A stretch of DNA of 64,000 nt from a virus (lineage: Duplodnaviria > Caudoviricetes): positions 64,001-128,000 of the IMG/VR virus record IMGVR_UViG_2882238243_000002; one strand, written 5' to 3'. Below are positions 18,719 through 28,041 of this stretch, piece by piece (positions within the stretch are counted from its first letter, which is position 1; each line of letters starts with the position of its first letter). Position numbers and translations under genes: made by a program. The notes beneath the pieces are model-generated. The model had not been told where the DNA came from. It saw only the letters and a program-made list of their open reading frames with translations, and made no database searches.

Positions 18719-19984
18719 TTGGATAGGGTTATTTTTCATATAGATGTAAATTCCGCGTTTTTATCATGGGAAGCAGCATATCGCATTCATCATCTGGGAG
18801 GTAGATTGGATTTGCGTACAATTCCATCTGCTATCGGTGGAGATGTAAGTATGCGCCATGGTATTATTCTTGCTAAGAGCATACCAGCAAAGCCGTATGG
18901 AATTCAGACTGGAATGACGATAATGGAGGCAAAACAAAAATGCCCTAATTTATATTTGGCTCCTCCGAATTACTCTTTGTATCAGAAATGCTCGAAGGCA
19001 TTTTTGACTATTTTACGTGAATATACACAAGATGTTGAGGTATACAGTATTGATGAAGCATTTCTCGATATGACAACTACAATGCACCTATATGGAGATC
19101 CTATAGATGTAGCTAATCAAATTAAGAATCGAATACGAGACGAATTAGGATTTACTGTGAATATTGGAATTTCATCTAATAAACTTCTGGCAAAGATGGC
19201 AGGTGATTTCAAGAAGCCAGATTTAGTTCATACACTTTTCCCGGAAGAAATTGAGAAGAAAATGTGGGTATTGCCAGTATCAGAACTATTTTTCTGTGGT
19301 CGAGCTACCACAAAGAAATTATTGAACTTTGGTATTAATACAATAGGAGATTTAGCGCATACTGATATAGAGTTCTTAAAAAGAAATTTAAAAAAGCAAG
19401 GTGAAATAATGTGGAACTTTGCGAATGGACTTGATTTTTCTGCTGTAATATCAGAAACGCCAAAACAAAAGGGGTATGGAAATTCTACCACCACTCAGTT
19501 TGATGTAAAAGATGCTGAGACAGCTCAAAAGGTGTTATTAGCATTGTGTGAAACTGTAGCTGCTAGATTGCGAAAAGATGATTTCCAAGCACAAGTAATA
19601 TCTGTTGGCGTTAAGAGTTCCGATTTAAGTTATGCAAGTCATCAGATGATTATGAAAAGTCCAACGAATATTACAAATGAATTATATTATTATTCTTGCA
19701 AGCTATTTCTTGAATTATGGGATAAACAAACTCCTATACGACATCTTGCGGTTCACACCAGTTCTTTAACATCTGAGTTTGGTTCCCGACAGCTTAACTT
19801 ATTCGACGTAACTGATTATATAAGGTTAGAAACGTTAGATAAGACAGTAGATATTATCAGAACAAGATATGGTAATGATGCGGTTAAACGAGCAGTATTT
19901 ATTCAAACGCCAATTGACCATATGGAGGGTGGAGTGTCTAGAGAAAAGCGTACAGTAGATTATTCAAAGATTAACGTTGTCTGA
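18719..19984 (+). CDS. dinB: Y-family DNA polymerase (DinB/UmuC-like)
   Basis: HIDVNSAF, SIDEAFLD and NKLLAKMA motifs; TTG 18719 after AGGAGG. Confidence 0.92.
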   Translation: MDRVIFHIDVNSAFLSWEAAYRIHHLGGRLDLRTIPSAIGGDVSMRHGIILAKSIPAKPYGIQTGMTIMEAKQKCPNLYLAPPNYSLYQKCSKAFLTILREYTQDVEVYSIDEAFLDMTTTMHLYGDPIDVANQIKNRIRDELGFTVNIGISSNKLLAKMAGDFKKPDLVHTLFPEEIEKKMWVLPVSELFFCGRATTKKLLNFGINTIGDLAHTDIEFLKRNLKKQGEIMWNFANGLDFSAVISETPKQKGYGNSTTTQFDVKDAETAQKVLLALCETVAARLRKDDFQAQVISVGVKSSDLSYASHQMIMKSPTNITNELYYYSCKLFLELWDKQTPIRHLAVHTSSLTSEFGSRQLNLFDVTDYIRLETLDKTVDIIRTRYGNDAVKRAVFIQTPIDHMEGGVSREKRTVDYSKINVV

Positions 19985-19995
19985 TTCAAAGGAAG

Positions 19996-20316
19996 GTGAT
20001 TTTTGTGGGAATGGGCATCGGAATAAATGATACAATTACCGATGAAGGTGTGATAAAGGGGCATCAAGAAGAAGTGGCTTGTGATGCGTGGTTTACAGCT
20101 AGCGGCAGAATAATTATTCGCCTTATAAAACAAAAGAAAAAAGACGAAAGTATAGTTGAAATAGATAATATTCGTGTACTTTCATCATCTAAAAAGAACT
20201 TTTGTGGTATTCAAACGATAGAATTTATATGCGAAGCAGTTGTTGAAGGTTTTATGAAAAGATTTAAGCTGTTCTTTTACACAGAAGAACAAATATGGAG
20301 GATGATAATGTTGTAA
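19996..20316 (+). CDS. hypothetical protein in the mutagenesis cassette
   Basis: lies between dinB and the SRAP gene. Confidence 0.65.
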   Translation: MIFVGMGIGINDTITDEGVIKGHQEEVACDAWFTASGRIIIRLIKQKKKDESIVEIDNIRVLSSSKKNFCGIQTIEFICEAVVEGFMKRFKLFFYTEEQIWRMIML

Positions 20317-20335
20317 TAAATAAGGAGGTGTAAAA

Positions 20336-20923
20336 ATGTGTGGACGATATTATGTTGATGATAATACAGCCAAAGAAATTGAAAGATTGCTTCAAAAATT
20401 AGACAATCGATTAAAGGTAGCACATAAATCAGGAGATGTATATCCAACTAACAGTGCAATGATTGTCAAAGGAGAAAATGAGAAGCTGATTTTAGATGAA
20501 ATGATTTGGGGTTTCCCACAATATCAGAAAAAAGGTGTTATATTTAATACAAGATCGGAGTCGGCATTAGAGAAAAAGACTTTCTCGAACAGTACACGGA
20601 GTCGTAGATGCCTAATTCCTGCAAAGGGGTTCTACGAGTGGGATAGTGTAAAAAATAAAATTTCTTTTGAGCGTCAAGATGGAGATACTATGCTACTGGC
20701 TGGTATTTGGAATAATTTTGGATTGGATAGAAGATTTACAATTTTAACAACTGATGCAAATGAAACGATGCATCAGATACATGATAGGATGCCTTTAATA
20801 ATCGAACCTGAAGAAGCAGAAACGTGGTTGTTTGATGAAAGTTGTGTAGAGTTTATGCTGAATAAAATACCATGTAATTTAGCAATTGTTGAAGGAAATT
20901 ATCAGCAAAAACTAGATTTATAA
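20336..20923 (+). CDS. SOS response-associated peptidase (SRAP)
   Basis: N-terminal MCGRY, FNTRSE, GFYEW and HDRMP motifs. Confidence 0.92.
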   Translation: MCGRYYVDDNTAKEIERLLQKLDNRLKVAHKSGDVYPTNSAMIVKGENEKLILDEMIWGFPQYQKKGVIFNTRSESALEKKTFSNSTRSRRCLIPAKGFYEWDSVKNKISFERQDGDTMLLAGIWNNFGLDRRFTILTTDANETMHQIHDRMPLIIEPEEAETWLFDESCVEFMLNKIPCNLAIVEGNYQQKLDL

Positions 20924-20954
20924 TAATGTTTGATGAAGAAAAAGACGATAGAAA

Positions 20955-21218
20955 TTATTCACTATCGTCTTTTTTATTTTGTTTATTTAACATAAAATAT
21001 GCCATTAAGCGATTTAATCGAGGATCATCTGAAACCATAATTTCATTTGGTGTGCATTCGAGTTCGAGACAGATTGCTTCGAGTATTTCCAGCTTTATGC
21101 TAGTTGATTCGCCATTATATATTTTATCTACGGTCTTGTAAGTAACGTCAATACGTTTTGCCAACTCATACCTGGTTATTCCTTTATTATCTAACTTATC
21201 TTTAATATTTAAACGCAT
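20955..21218 (-). CDS. Cro/C1-type HTH regulator
   Basis: GITRYELAKRIDVTYKTV..LEAICLELECTPNEI. Confidence 0.85.
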   Translation of the reverse strand: MRLNIKDKLDNKGITRYELAKRIDVTYKTVDKIYNGESTSIKLEILEAICLELECTPNEIMVSDDPRLNRLMAYFMLNKQNKKDDSE

Positions 21219-21320
21219 GTTGATATCTCTCCTTGTCCATGACTATACATACTAGTGTACATATAGATAATATCATACATATAGGAAAATAAATATAGGA
21301 AATATTTTACTTATAGTTAC

Positions 21321-21349
21321 TTGACAACCTATATGTACTTGTGTATAAT
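21321..21349 (+). promoter_or_regulatory. consensus sigma70 promoter of the mazF-like gene
   Basis: TTGACA-17-TATAAT. Confidence 0.8.
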
Positions 21350-21391
21350 ATGAAATATAAAGGCACTAATCAGAGAGGAGGATGCGTAAAT

Positions 21392-21754
21392 ATGACACAT
21401 AATTTAAAAAGGTTTGATATTGTTCTTGTTGATTATGGAATAGAAGTAATAGGCTCGGAGCAGGGCGGAATACGTCCATCTATTATTATACAAAATGATA
21501 TGGGTAATATACATAGCAGCACAACTATTGTAATGCCATTAACAAAACAAATCAAACGCCTCAACCAACCAACGCATACTCTCATTACAAAAGGAGAAGG
21601 CAAAGGAATAGTTGAAGATTCTATGGTTTTAGGAGAATGTATGAGACAAGTATCAGAAAAAAGAATTATCAAATATCTTGGTTCTATAACTGAAATTAAT
21701 GAGAAAAGAAGAATTAAGCGTGTATATGACGCTAATTTTGGAGAGGTGGCATAA
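21392..21754 (+). CDS. mazF: MazF/PemK-family endoribonuclease
   Basis: DIVLVD..GSEQGGIRP..IIQNDMGN..TTIVMPLT. Confidence 0.88.
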   Translation: MTHNLKRFDIVLVDYGIEVIGSEQGGIRPSIIIQNDMGNIHSSTTIVMPLTKQIKRLNQPTHTLITKGEGKGIVEDSMVLGECMRQVSEKRIIKYLGSITEINEKRRIKRVYDANFGEVA

Positions 21755-22033
21755 GTGCAATATATAATGATGAGTATGGAAGAGGCAAAAAAGGTTGCTA
21801 AGGACGATGCAATTGTCTTGCTCGCTGTTTCTAATTTAGAAACAGATGATTGTAACACAGAATTTAAAAAGAGGAATTTTAGGGATTGTGAGAAACTTAT
21901 TCAAGAAGCTGAAACAATAGCAAGGGTATATGATGATTTTGTCAATCAGTTAAGAGTTTTTACAGCAAAGCAGGTTGATGTAATTAATTATGAACCGCGA
22001 GGTAAGTTAAGTACTATACTTCTTCGAGAATAA
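21755..22033 (+). CDS. hypothetical protein
   Basis: directly follows the mazF-like gene. Confidence 0.65.
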   Translation: MQYIMMSMEEAKKVAKDDAIVLLAVSNLETDDCNTEFKKRNFRDCEKLIQEAETIARVYDDFVNQLRVFTAKQVDVINYEPRGKLSTILLRE

Positions 22034-22062
22034 AATTCGTGACAATTACCAAACTTACATAT

Positions 22063-22114
22063 AAACATATGTTTGCTTTTGGTATTGACTAGAACGCGTG
22101 TTCGGATATATAAT
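22063..22114 (+). promoter_or_regulatory. SOS-regulated promoter with two LexA-like boxes
   Basis: TTGACT(22085)-18-TATAAT(22109) enclosing GAAC-GCGT-GTTC; upstream AAAC-ATAT-GTTT at 22063. Confidence 0.8.
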
Positions 22115-22130
22115 AGTAAACAAGTCACGC

Positions 22131-22301
22131 AAAAAGAAAGAAGGCTAATCTTTTCATCGGTGTTGGCGCACCTCCAAGATTGAACCTTCTTTCAAATTAC
22201 ACATATATAACATAATACACGTCAGAATTGACGCAAATTATGAAACATAGCAGAAAAGCTATGTCTAAGCACATTTTACATACTTTCACTTGATTCGTCA
22301 A
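22131..22301 (-). ncRNA. candidate antisense sRNA unit B
   Basis: minus-strand TTGACG-17-TAAAAT; hairpin at 22136-22193 followed by a U-run. Confidence 0.5.
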
Positions 22302-22436
22302 GTAAATTCTTGTGTTAAGGCAGTTCTGCTATAAAATCCCAATTACAAAAAGAGAATAAGTAAGTGAGAGCTAAAGTAATAGAAATTACTTTGGTGTGAT
22401 ATTTTGTTGTCAAAAATCAAAAAAGGAGAAAAATAC

Positions 22437-23045
22437 ATGGCAGATTATGTTATTACAGATGGTTCACGATGGATTATGAAAGACCGAAAAGGCAAATATG
22501 TTCCTACGTCATGTGAGACTTTTGCTGACCTTTACACCCAGAGACAGGCAAATGCGTTGTACAATAATTCTCTTCCTAAAGCACTGAAAACAGTATTTCG
22601 TGTAGAGAAGGTGGACAAACCACCGTCTCTAGTAAAGCAAGCAACTATCAAGGATACTACATACAATACTGAAAAGGTTATGGTTGCTGATAATATCCAG
22701 AAGTGGTTGGACAAGGTATCTGACCTAAATGGGTTGGCTAATGATGCATTACATAGGAAAGAGGAATTATTAAAGCAATTAAGTGAAATAGACAAAGAGT
22801 TGTCCGATATTTCGCACTACATAGAGTTCGTAAATCTTAATGCAGCACAGGGTTACATGACATATAAGATGATAAAGGATAGACGCATAAAACGTAGAAG
22901 TGTCAAAAATGAATTGGAAGTATTGGCTATTATACTTGGTAAAAAGATTTCGGAAACAGCGACTGATGAAATTCAAAAGTGCGTGGCTGGAATGGATGTC
23001 AGACAATATGAGCCTAGAATTATGAAAGAGCTGTTTGATTTATGA
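22437..23045 (+). CDS. coiled-coil hypothetical phage protein
   Basis: AAGGAG RBS; DISHYIEF..LNAAQGY motif. Confidence 0.75.
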   Translation: MADYVITDGSRWIMKDRKGKYVPTSCETFADLYTQRQANALYNNSLPKALKTVFRVEKVDKPPSLVKQATIKDTTYNTEKVMVADNIQKWLDKVSDLNGLANDALHRKEELLKQLSEIDKELSDISHYIEFVNLNAAQGYMTYKMIKDRRIKRRSVKNELEVLAIILGKKISETATDEIQKCVAGMDVRQYEPRIMKELFDL

Positions 23046-23080
23046 ATAATTCAATGAAAAATTAGTGGGTGGGTGTGACA

Positions 23081-23737
23081 ATGAATAATATGCAAAAACA
23101 ACAAAACAAGGGAAAATACTCTGAAACAGAAATTAAGATTATTGAAGAGTATTGTGATAATGAACTGTATATATTGAAAAAAATATGTGATCCTATAATT
23201 TTCAAAAAAGGTGTTCCACAAATGTACCACGATGATTTATATGCTCTTGCGGTAGACACGCTAGATGATAGTGTAAAGCGTTATGACGCCACTAAGGACT
23301 GCCAGTTTAAGACTTTTCTTACGGGAAACATTAAACGAACCTTTTATGATTGGACAAGAGACAATACACGTTGGAAACGTTGTAATCTGCAAACAAACGA
23401 AGAGGGGAATATTGTAAAAGATGAAAATAATAATCCTATCATTATTCCTAATATTTCAATTGATGCTCCCACCGATGACGGAATTGATTTAAGTGAAAAA
23501 GTAGCGTCATCATTTAAAGTAGAGGACGAGCTATCAGAAGAAATTGGACTTTCATCTAATGACAAAATTGAAAAGTACCTAGAAAAGTTATCTAAAGTAC
23601 AAAGACAAATTGTATTATTCTTGTCTGATGGATACTCCCAGGAAGATATTAGAGAATTATTACATATAAGCAAAAAAGAATATTCAGATAACATGCTTAC
23701 CATAAGAGCGTATGAAAACGTAAAAATATTATATTAA
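23081..23737 (+). CDS. sigma70-family-like RNA polymerase sigma factor
   Basis: region 2-like DDLY..SVKRYD..FKTFL; region 4-like LSKVQRQIV..GYSQEDIRELLHIS. Confidence 0.7.
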   Translation: MNNMQKQQNKGKYSETEIKIIEEYCDNELYILKKICDPIIFKKGVPQMYHDDLYALAVDTLDDSVKRYDATKDCQFKTFLTGNIKRTFYDWTRDNTRWKRCNLQTNEEGNIVKDENNNPIIIPNISIDAPTDDGIDLSEKVASSFKVEDELSEEIGLSSNDKIEKYLEKLSKVQRQIVLFLSDGYSQEDIRELLHISKKEYSDNMLTIRAYENVKILY

Positions 23738-23753
23738 TTTGGGGGACATAGTC

Positions 23754-25208
23754 ATGGCGAAGAAAATTAGAAAACAAACATTAGCATTAAAATCGTATCT
23801 TGAAAAGATGAAAGAAGAAAATCAAGAGATTAGAAGTGACCAGGATGTACAGAGATTATCTGGTCAATGGGATAACAGTATGATTAATGAATTGGTTGCT
23901 ACAGTACTTACCGATGACTATATTCCACCAATTATATTAGGAGAAGAAGAAAGAGAAGATGATACAACACAGCTTTGGGTTATTGATGGACTACAACGAA
24001 GCTCGACATTGGATTTGTACAGATATGGCAACTGGACAATTACATCAGCTATTGAAGATAGTATTATAGAGTATCAAAAGAACAAAATAGAAGATGGAAA
24101 AGTTTGTAGAGACGAAGAGGGTAATTTAATTAAGGATACTGTCGAATTTGATATTAAAGGTAAAACGTTCGATGAATTGCCAAATGAACTAAAGAAAAAA
24201 TTTGATGACTATCAAATAGAAATGGCAGTACATCAAAATTGCACAATGGAACAAATATCAAAACTAATAAGGCGCTATAATAATCATCGCGGAATGAACA
24301 CGGTACAAAAAGCCTTTACATACTTAAACAACTTTGCACGAAAAATTCGTGCAATTATAGATATGAGATTTTTTAAAGATTGCATGAAGGATTTGGGTAA
24401 AGAAAAAATAAAGGGTGGCTATGAACGAATTATTATGGAGTCAGTGATGGTAATGTTTCATTTGGACAAATGGAAAAAGACTCCTAAAGATATTGGAAAG
24501 TATTTAAACAATAATGCAACAGATGAAGAGTTTGATGTTTTAAAAGAAGTGATTAGTCGCTTAGAGCCTGTAGTAGATGATAATTTTAAAGAAATATTTA
24601 ATATGAAAGATTCATTTATTTGGTTTGCATTTTTTCATAGGTTTTTAAAATTAGGTTTAGATGATAGTAGATTTAGAGATTTTCTTAAAGAATTTACAAG
24701 TGAATTACATAACAAAACATTTGAAGAATATGATAACAGATCCTTCGATACAGTTGACGGAGGGAAGGGTACTAAAGACAAGAGGGTCATCATTCAAAAA
24801 TTGGACATGCTTGAAAAATTAATGAATGATTTTTTACATATTAAGAATGTGGAATTTAGCAAAAATGAGCTGGAAATAGAGAATAACGAAGTGAGTAAAG
24901 AGCAATTTATTGCGGAAAATGTTGGCATGGATATTGAAGATATAAAAGCTGATATGGAACTTTATGAGCAATCACTTGACGATTTACTTGATAAAGCCGT
25001 AAAGGATGGTTCGAAATTGCTTAATAAAGCAAACAGAGTATCTTTGCTGGCAATGATTTCGTATTCGTATAAAGAAGACAAGGATTTAGATGAGTGGATG
25101 CTTGAATACGCAAAAAATAATAATACATATTTTATTGACCAAAAGAAGAATTACATACATATGCTTAAAGACTTAGAGAATTTTATTAAGAAGGGAGTAG
25201 CTGCTTAA
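23754..25208 (+). CDS. DUF262 (ParB-like/GmrS) domain protein
   Basis: VQR..W, IPPIIL, VIDGLQR and RYNN motifs. Confidence 0.8.
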   Translation: MAKKIRKQTLALKSYLEKMKEENQEIRSDQDVQRLSGQWDNSMINELVATVLTDDYIPPIILGEEEREDDTTQLWVIDGLQRSSTLDLYRYGNWTITSAIEDSIIEYQKNKIEDGKVCRDEEGNLIKDTVEFDIKGKTFDELPNELKKKFDDYQIEMAVHQNCTMEQISKLIRRYNNHRGMNTVQKAFTYLNNFARKIRAIIDMRFFKDCMKDLGKEKIKGGYERIIMESVMVMFHLDKWKKTPKDIGKYLNNNATDEEFDVLKEVISRLEPVVDDNFKEIFNMKDSFIWFAFFHRFLKLGLDDSRFRDFLKEFTSELHNKTFEEYDNRSFDTVDGGKGTKDKRVIIQKLDMLEKLMNDFLHIKNVEFSKNELEIENNEVSKEQFIAENVGMDIEDIKADMELYEQSLDDLLDKAVKDGSKLLNKANRVSLLAMISYSYKEDKDLDEWMLEYAKNNNTYFIDQKKNYIHMLKDLENFIKKGVAA

Positions 25209-25402
25209 TGCCTAGTAATGAATTTAATAAGTGTAATTTTTGCAGAGCATTTGATGAGTATGAGGGATGTCGCAGTTATCATTGCAATAACAAATTAGAT
25301 TTTGTAGCGGTCCCCGACAAGTTAATTGAAAAAGCAAAAGAGAAAGCCATTTCTGTAACAGATGTAATTGCCTTATTAGAAATAGCAGGCAATGAAGTAT
25401 AG
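25208..25402 (+). CDS. small Cys-rich protein
   Basis: CNFC..C..C; TAATG overlap with the upstream gene. Confidence 0.6.
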   Translation: MPSNEFNKCNFCRAFDEYEGCRSYHCNNKLDFVAVPDKLIEKAKEKAISVTDVIALLEIAGNEV

Positions 25403-25436
25403 ATATTAAATATAGTAGAAAAAGGAGAGATGAATT

Positions 25437-26225
25437 ATGTGTAGATTTAAATCAGCAGTAATCTTAAAAAACAGGGTGATATTAGCGCCAGAAGGGAATG
25501 AAAGTCACTCAGATTTATTAAGGAGTTTAAATATTGAAGATTCTCATTTTAATGCATCAAAGACATTTGTTAGAGCAGAGTTAGTGCCGCCAGATGGAAA
25601 TAAGGCAATTGATATTGACAAATGGGAATATATTGTTGATCAAGATATTGTACCCGATTGGTTTGATGAAGACTCAGGCAGATATGAAATAGAAATGCGA
25701 AATGCAGTTGGCGAATATATGAAGGATAAACTTAAAAATATTATTTGCGGATATGATTGGACACCGGTTACAGAAGGAGAATATACATATTACTTCATGA
25801 ATGGAATAATGTCTAAATCCAACTTTGGAAAAACAAACGACTACAGAGAATCTGCTGTTAGAGCAGATTTGCTATCTAGTAATCTACTGGCGAATTTAAA
25901 GGAAAAGTTTGGCGATAACCTTGTTCCAATTACATTAGACCTTACTTCTATGGATGGGTTTAAAGATTACGGAAATGTAGAAGGAGATCTTCTGGCCATT
26001 CCAAATATTGAATTATTAATGAAGTTTGGAAACCAAATTCAACTAATAGATAATTGGTATTGGCTTGCAACACCAAATCAGACTCCTTCTAGGAGAGATT
26101 CTTCCAACGTTCAGTGTGTTGGCTCCGATGGCCTCGTGGACTGCTGCGATTGTTGCTGGAATGGCAGGGGCGTGCGTCCGTTTTTTATCTTGAAATCTGA
26201 TATCTTAGTATCTGCAAGTAAGTAG
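25437..26225 (+). CDS. DGR target protein with C-terminal CLec-like (DUF6273-like) variable domain
   Basis: WYWLATP...GVRPFFIL C-terminus contains the VR. Confidence 0.88.
   Translation: MCRFKSAVILKNRVILAPEGNESHSDLLRSLNIEDSHFNASKTFVRAELVPPDGNKAIDIDKWEYIVDQDIVPDWFDEDSGRYEIEMRNAVGEYMKDKLKNIICGYDWTPVTEGEYTYYFMNGIMSKSNFGKTNDYRESAVRADLLSSNLLANLKEKFGDNLVPITLDLTSMDGFKDYGNVEGDLLAIPNIELLMKFGNQIQLIDNWYWLATPNQTPSRRDSSNVQCVGSDGLVDCCDCCWNGRGVRPFFILKSDILVSASK
26101..26182 (+). repeat. DGR variable repeat (VR)
   Basis: 82-bp match to the TR 600 bp downstream; 14 mismatches, all at TR adenines. Confidence 0.97.
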
Positions 26226-26242
26226 AGGGCAGCCAGTGAACA

Positions 26243-26265
26243 GGGCTAGGGCGTAAGCCCTGCCC
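26243..26265 (+). promoter_or_regulatory. DGR target-recognition hairpin/cruciform
   Basis: GGGC(T)AGGGC-GTAA-GCCCTGCCC just downstream of the target stop. Confidence 0.75.
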
Positions 26266-26276
26266 GTGAGCTTTGG

Positions 26277-26672
26277 ATGAGATTGACAACAAGGAGCAAA
26301 ATAGTGAGCGAAAATAAACTGGATATTATTGTAAAAGCAATAAATCTTATGGAATACACAATGACAATCACATCAAATAGAAAAAGATTTCCAGTTAAGC
26401 ATTTAATGTTAGTAAGACGTATCCAGGAATGTTGTATGGATATTTATGAATATTTGATTGATGCCAATAGGATTAAATTAGATACTTCAAAATCCGAACG
26501 ACAAGAATTGCAGACCAAGGCGATTTCATGTTGTGATAAATTATCGTGTTATGTAGAACTTTCTATGAAATTAAATTTAGTTGGAACCGATACTGTTTCA
26601 TATTGGCAAAAGCAAGTTAATGATGTGAAATATATGGCGATTGCATGGCGCTCTAAAGACAAACAGAGATAG
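26277..26672 (+). CDS. avd: DGR accessory variability determinant (Avd, four-helix bundle)
   Basis: about 125-aa helical basic protein with KRFP and terminal W motifs, located between VR and TR; GTG 26304 is the probable start. Confidence 0.85.
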   Translation: MRLTTRSKIVSENKLDIIVKAINLMEYTMTITSNRKRFPVKHLMLVRRIQECCMDIYEYLIDANRIKLDTSKSERQELQTKAISCCDKLSCYVELSMKLNLVGTDTVSYWQKQVNDVKYMAIAWRSKDKQR

Positions 26673-26700
26673 ATATGAAAATGGGTTGTTTGTTGCTTGA

Positions 26701-26782
26701 CTTCCAACGTTCAGTGTGTTAACTCCAATGGCAACGTGAACTACAACGATTGTAACTGGAATGACAAAGGCGTGCGTCCGTT
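26701..26782 (+). repeat. DGR template repeat (TR)
   Basis: AAC-rich copy of the VR (23 adenines) between avd and RT; GC-rich 3' end GGCGTGCGTCCG. Confidence 0.97.
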
Positions 26783-26901
26783 CTGGGTCGGAAGACGAAA
26801 GAAAGTAGGAGAAACACCGAAATTAGAGTCCCGATATCAAAAGAATAGACAACCTTTCCTGTCTGATAAAAGGCAGGATAAATACAAAGGATTGAAATAT
26901 T

Positions 26902-27969
26902 ATGACAGAAGATAAAACAGATTTTGAGGTCGTTACGGATTTTGGTAATTTATATCAAGCTTATAAAAAATCAAAATCAGGTAAGGGATTTTCAAAGAGC
27001 AGTCAACAATTCCAAGTGGCGACTCTTGATGGAATTCATCAAATAAAAAGAAGATTAGAAACCAAAACATACGAAGTATCTAAATATAATGAATTTACAA
27101 TATATGAACCAAAAGAGAGAATTATTAAAGCAGGTTCATTTGTAGATAAAATAGTTCAGCACAGCTTATGCGATAACGTATTAATTCCTAAATTGGAATC
27201 TGAATTTATTCAAACTAATTATGCTGGACAAATTGGAAAGGGAACGTTATACGGACTCGATTGTTTAAAGGCACAAATGTATTTGGCATATCAGAAATAT
27301 GGATATAATTGTTGGATAGTTAAAGCCGATATAAGTAAATTCTTCTATAATATAAATCGCGATATTTTAATAGATATAGTTGCTTATTTTATAGAAGATA
27401 AAGATGTATTTTGGTTGTGTAAAAAGTTTATAAATAGCACAGAAGGATTGGGGCTTCCACTTGGAAATCAAGTAAGTCAAGTATTTGCATTATTATATCT
27501 ATCCGGATTAGATCATTTTGTAACCGGCGAATTAGGTGTGAAATATTATGGAAGGTATATGGACGACTTTTATTTAATTGTAGAAACAAAAGAATGTGCT
27601 AAGTGGTGTTTAAGTAATATTTATGAATTTGTTCATTCCCTTGGATTAGAATTGAATAACAAAACTCAAATTATACCTTTCAAAAATGGAATTAAGTTTT
27701 GTGGTTTTCATACATATGTTACGGAAGATGGCAGGGTTATTCGTAAATTAAAGAATGAGAACAAAAGAGCTGCAAAGAAAAAATTTAGAAAGATGGCTAA
27801 CTTAGTGAATAAAGGTAAGTTAAGCAAGGATAAATTTAATGAGTCTTATTGTGCATGGAAAAATCATATTTCTCATGGAAATTGTGTTAAGTTGGGATAT
27901 GAGATGGATAGGGATATAGAAGAATTATTTAATAAGTCTTGTGAAACGAATATTTCAATAGTAGATTAG
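26902..27969 (+). CDS. DGR reverse transcriptase
   Basis: KADISKFF, GLPLGNQVSQ (DGR-type SQ) and RYMDD motifs. Confidence 0.96.
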   Translation: MTEDKTDFEVVTDFGNLYQAYKKSKSGKGFSKSSQQFQVATLDGIHQIKRRLETKTYEVSKYNEFTIYEPKERIIKAGSFVDKIVQHSLCDNVLIPKLESEFIQTNYAGQIGKGTLYGLDCLKAQMYLAYQKYGYNCWIVKADISKFFYNINRDILIDIVAYFIEDKDVFWLCKKFINSTEGLGLPLGNQVSQVFALLYLSGLDHFVTGELGVKYYGRYMDDFYLIVETKECAKWCLSNIYEFVHSLGLELNNKTQIIPFKNGIKFCGFHTYVTEDGRVIRKLKNENKRAAKKKFRKMANLVNKGKLSKDKFNESYCAWKNHISHGNCVKLGYEMDRDIEELFNKSCETNISIVD

Positions 27970-28007
27970 GAAGAGAAATATGAAGCTACTTAAATATTGA
28001 TATGAGA

Positions 28008-28041
28008 AATAAATAGAGTAAAAATTTTTACTCTATTTATT
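28008..28041. terminator. perfect 34-bp palindrome, likely bidirectional terminator
   Basis: AATAAATAGAGTAAAAA/TTTTTACTCTATTTATT between convergent genes. Confidence 0.6.

Noticed and set aside
26697-26915. 72-aa ORF between avd and RT
   Set aside because: It is the open reading of the DGR template repeat and spacer, which act as RNA; no clear RBS.
26902-27969. RT as a group II intron or retron RT
   Set aside because: Short, with an SQ motif, adjacent avd and an A-specific TR/VR pair, all of which define a DGR.
28008-28041. Palindrome as a protelomerase (tel) site
   Set aside because: No protelomerase in the window, and the position between convergent genes fits a terminator.
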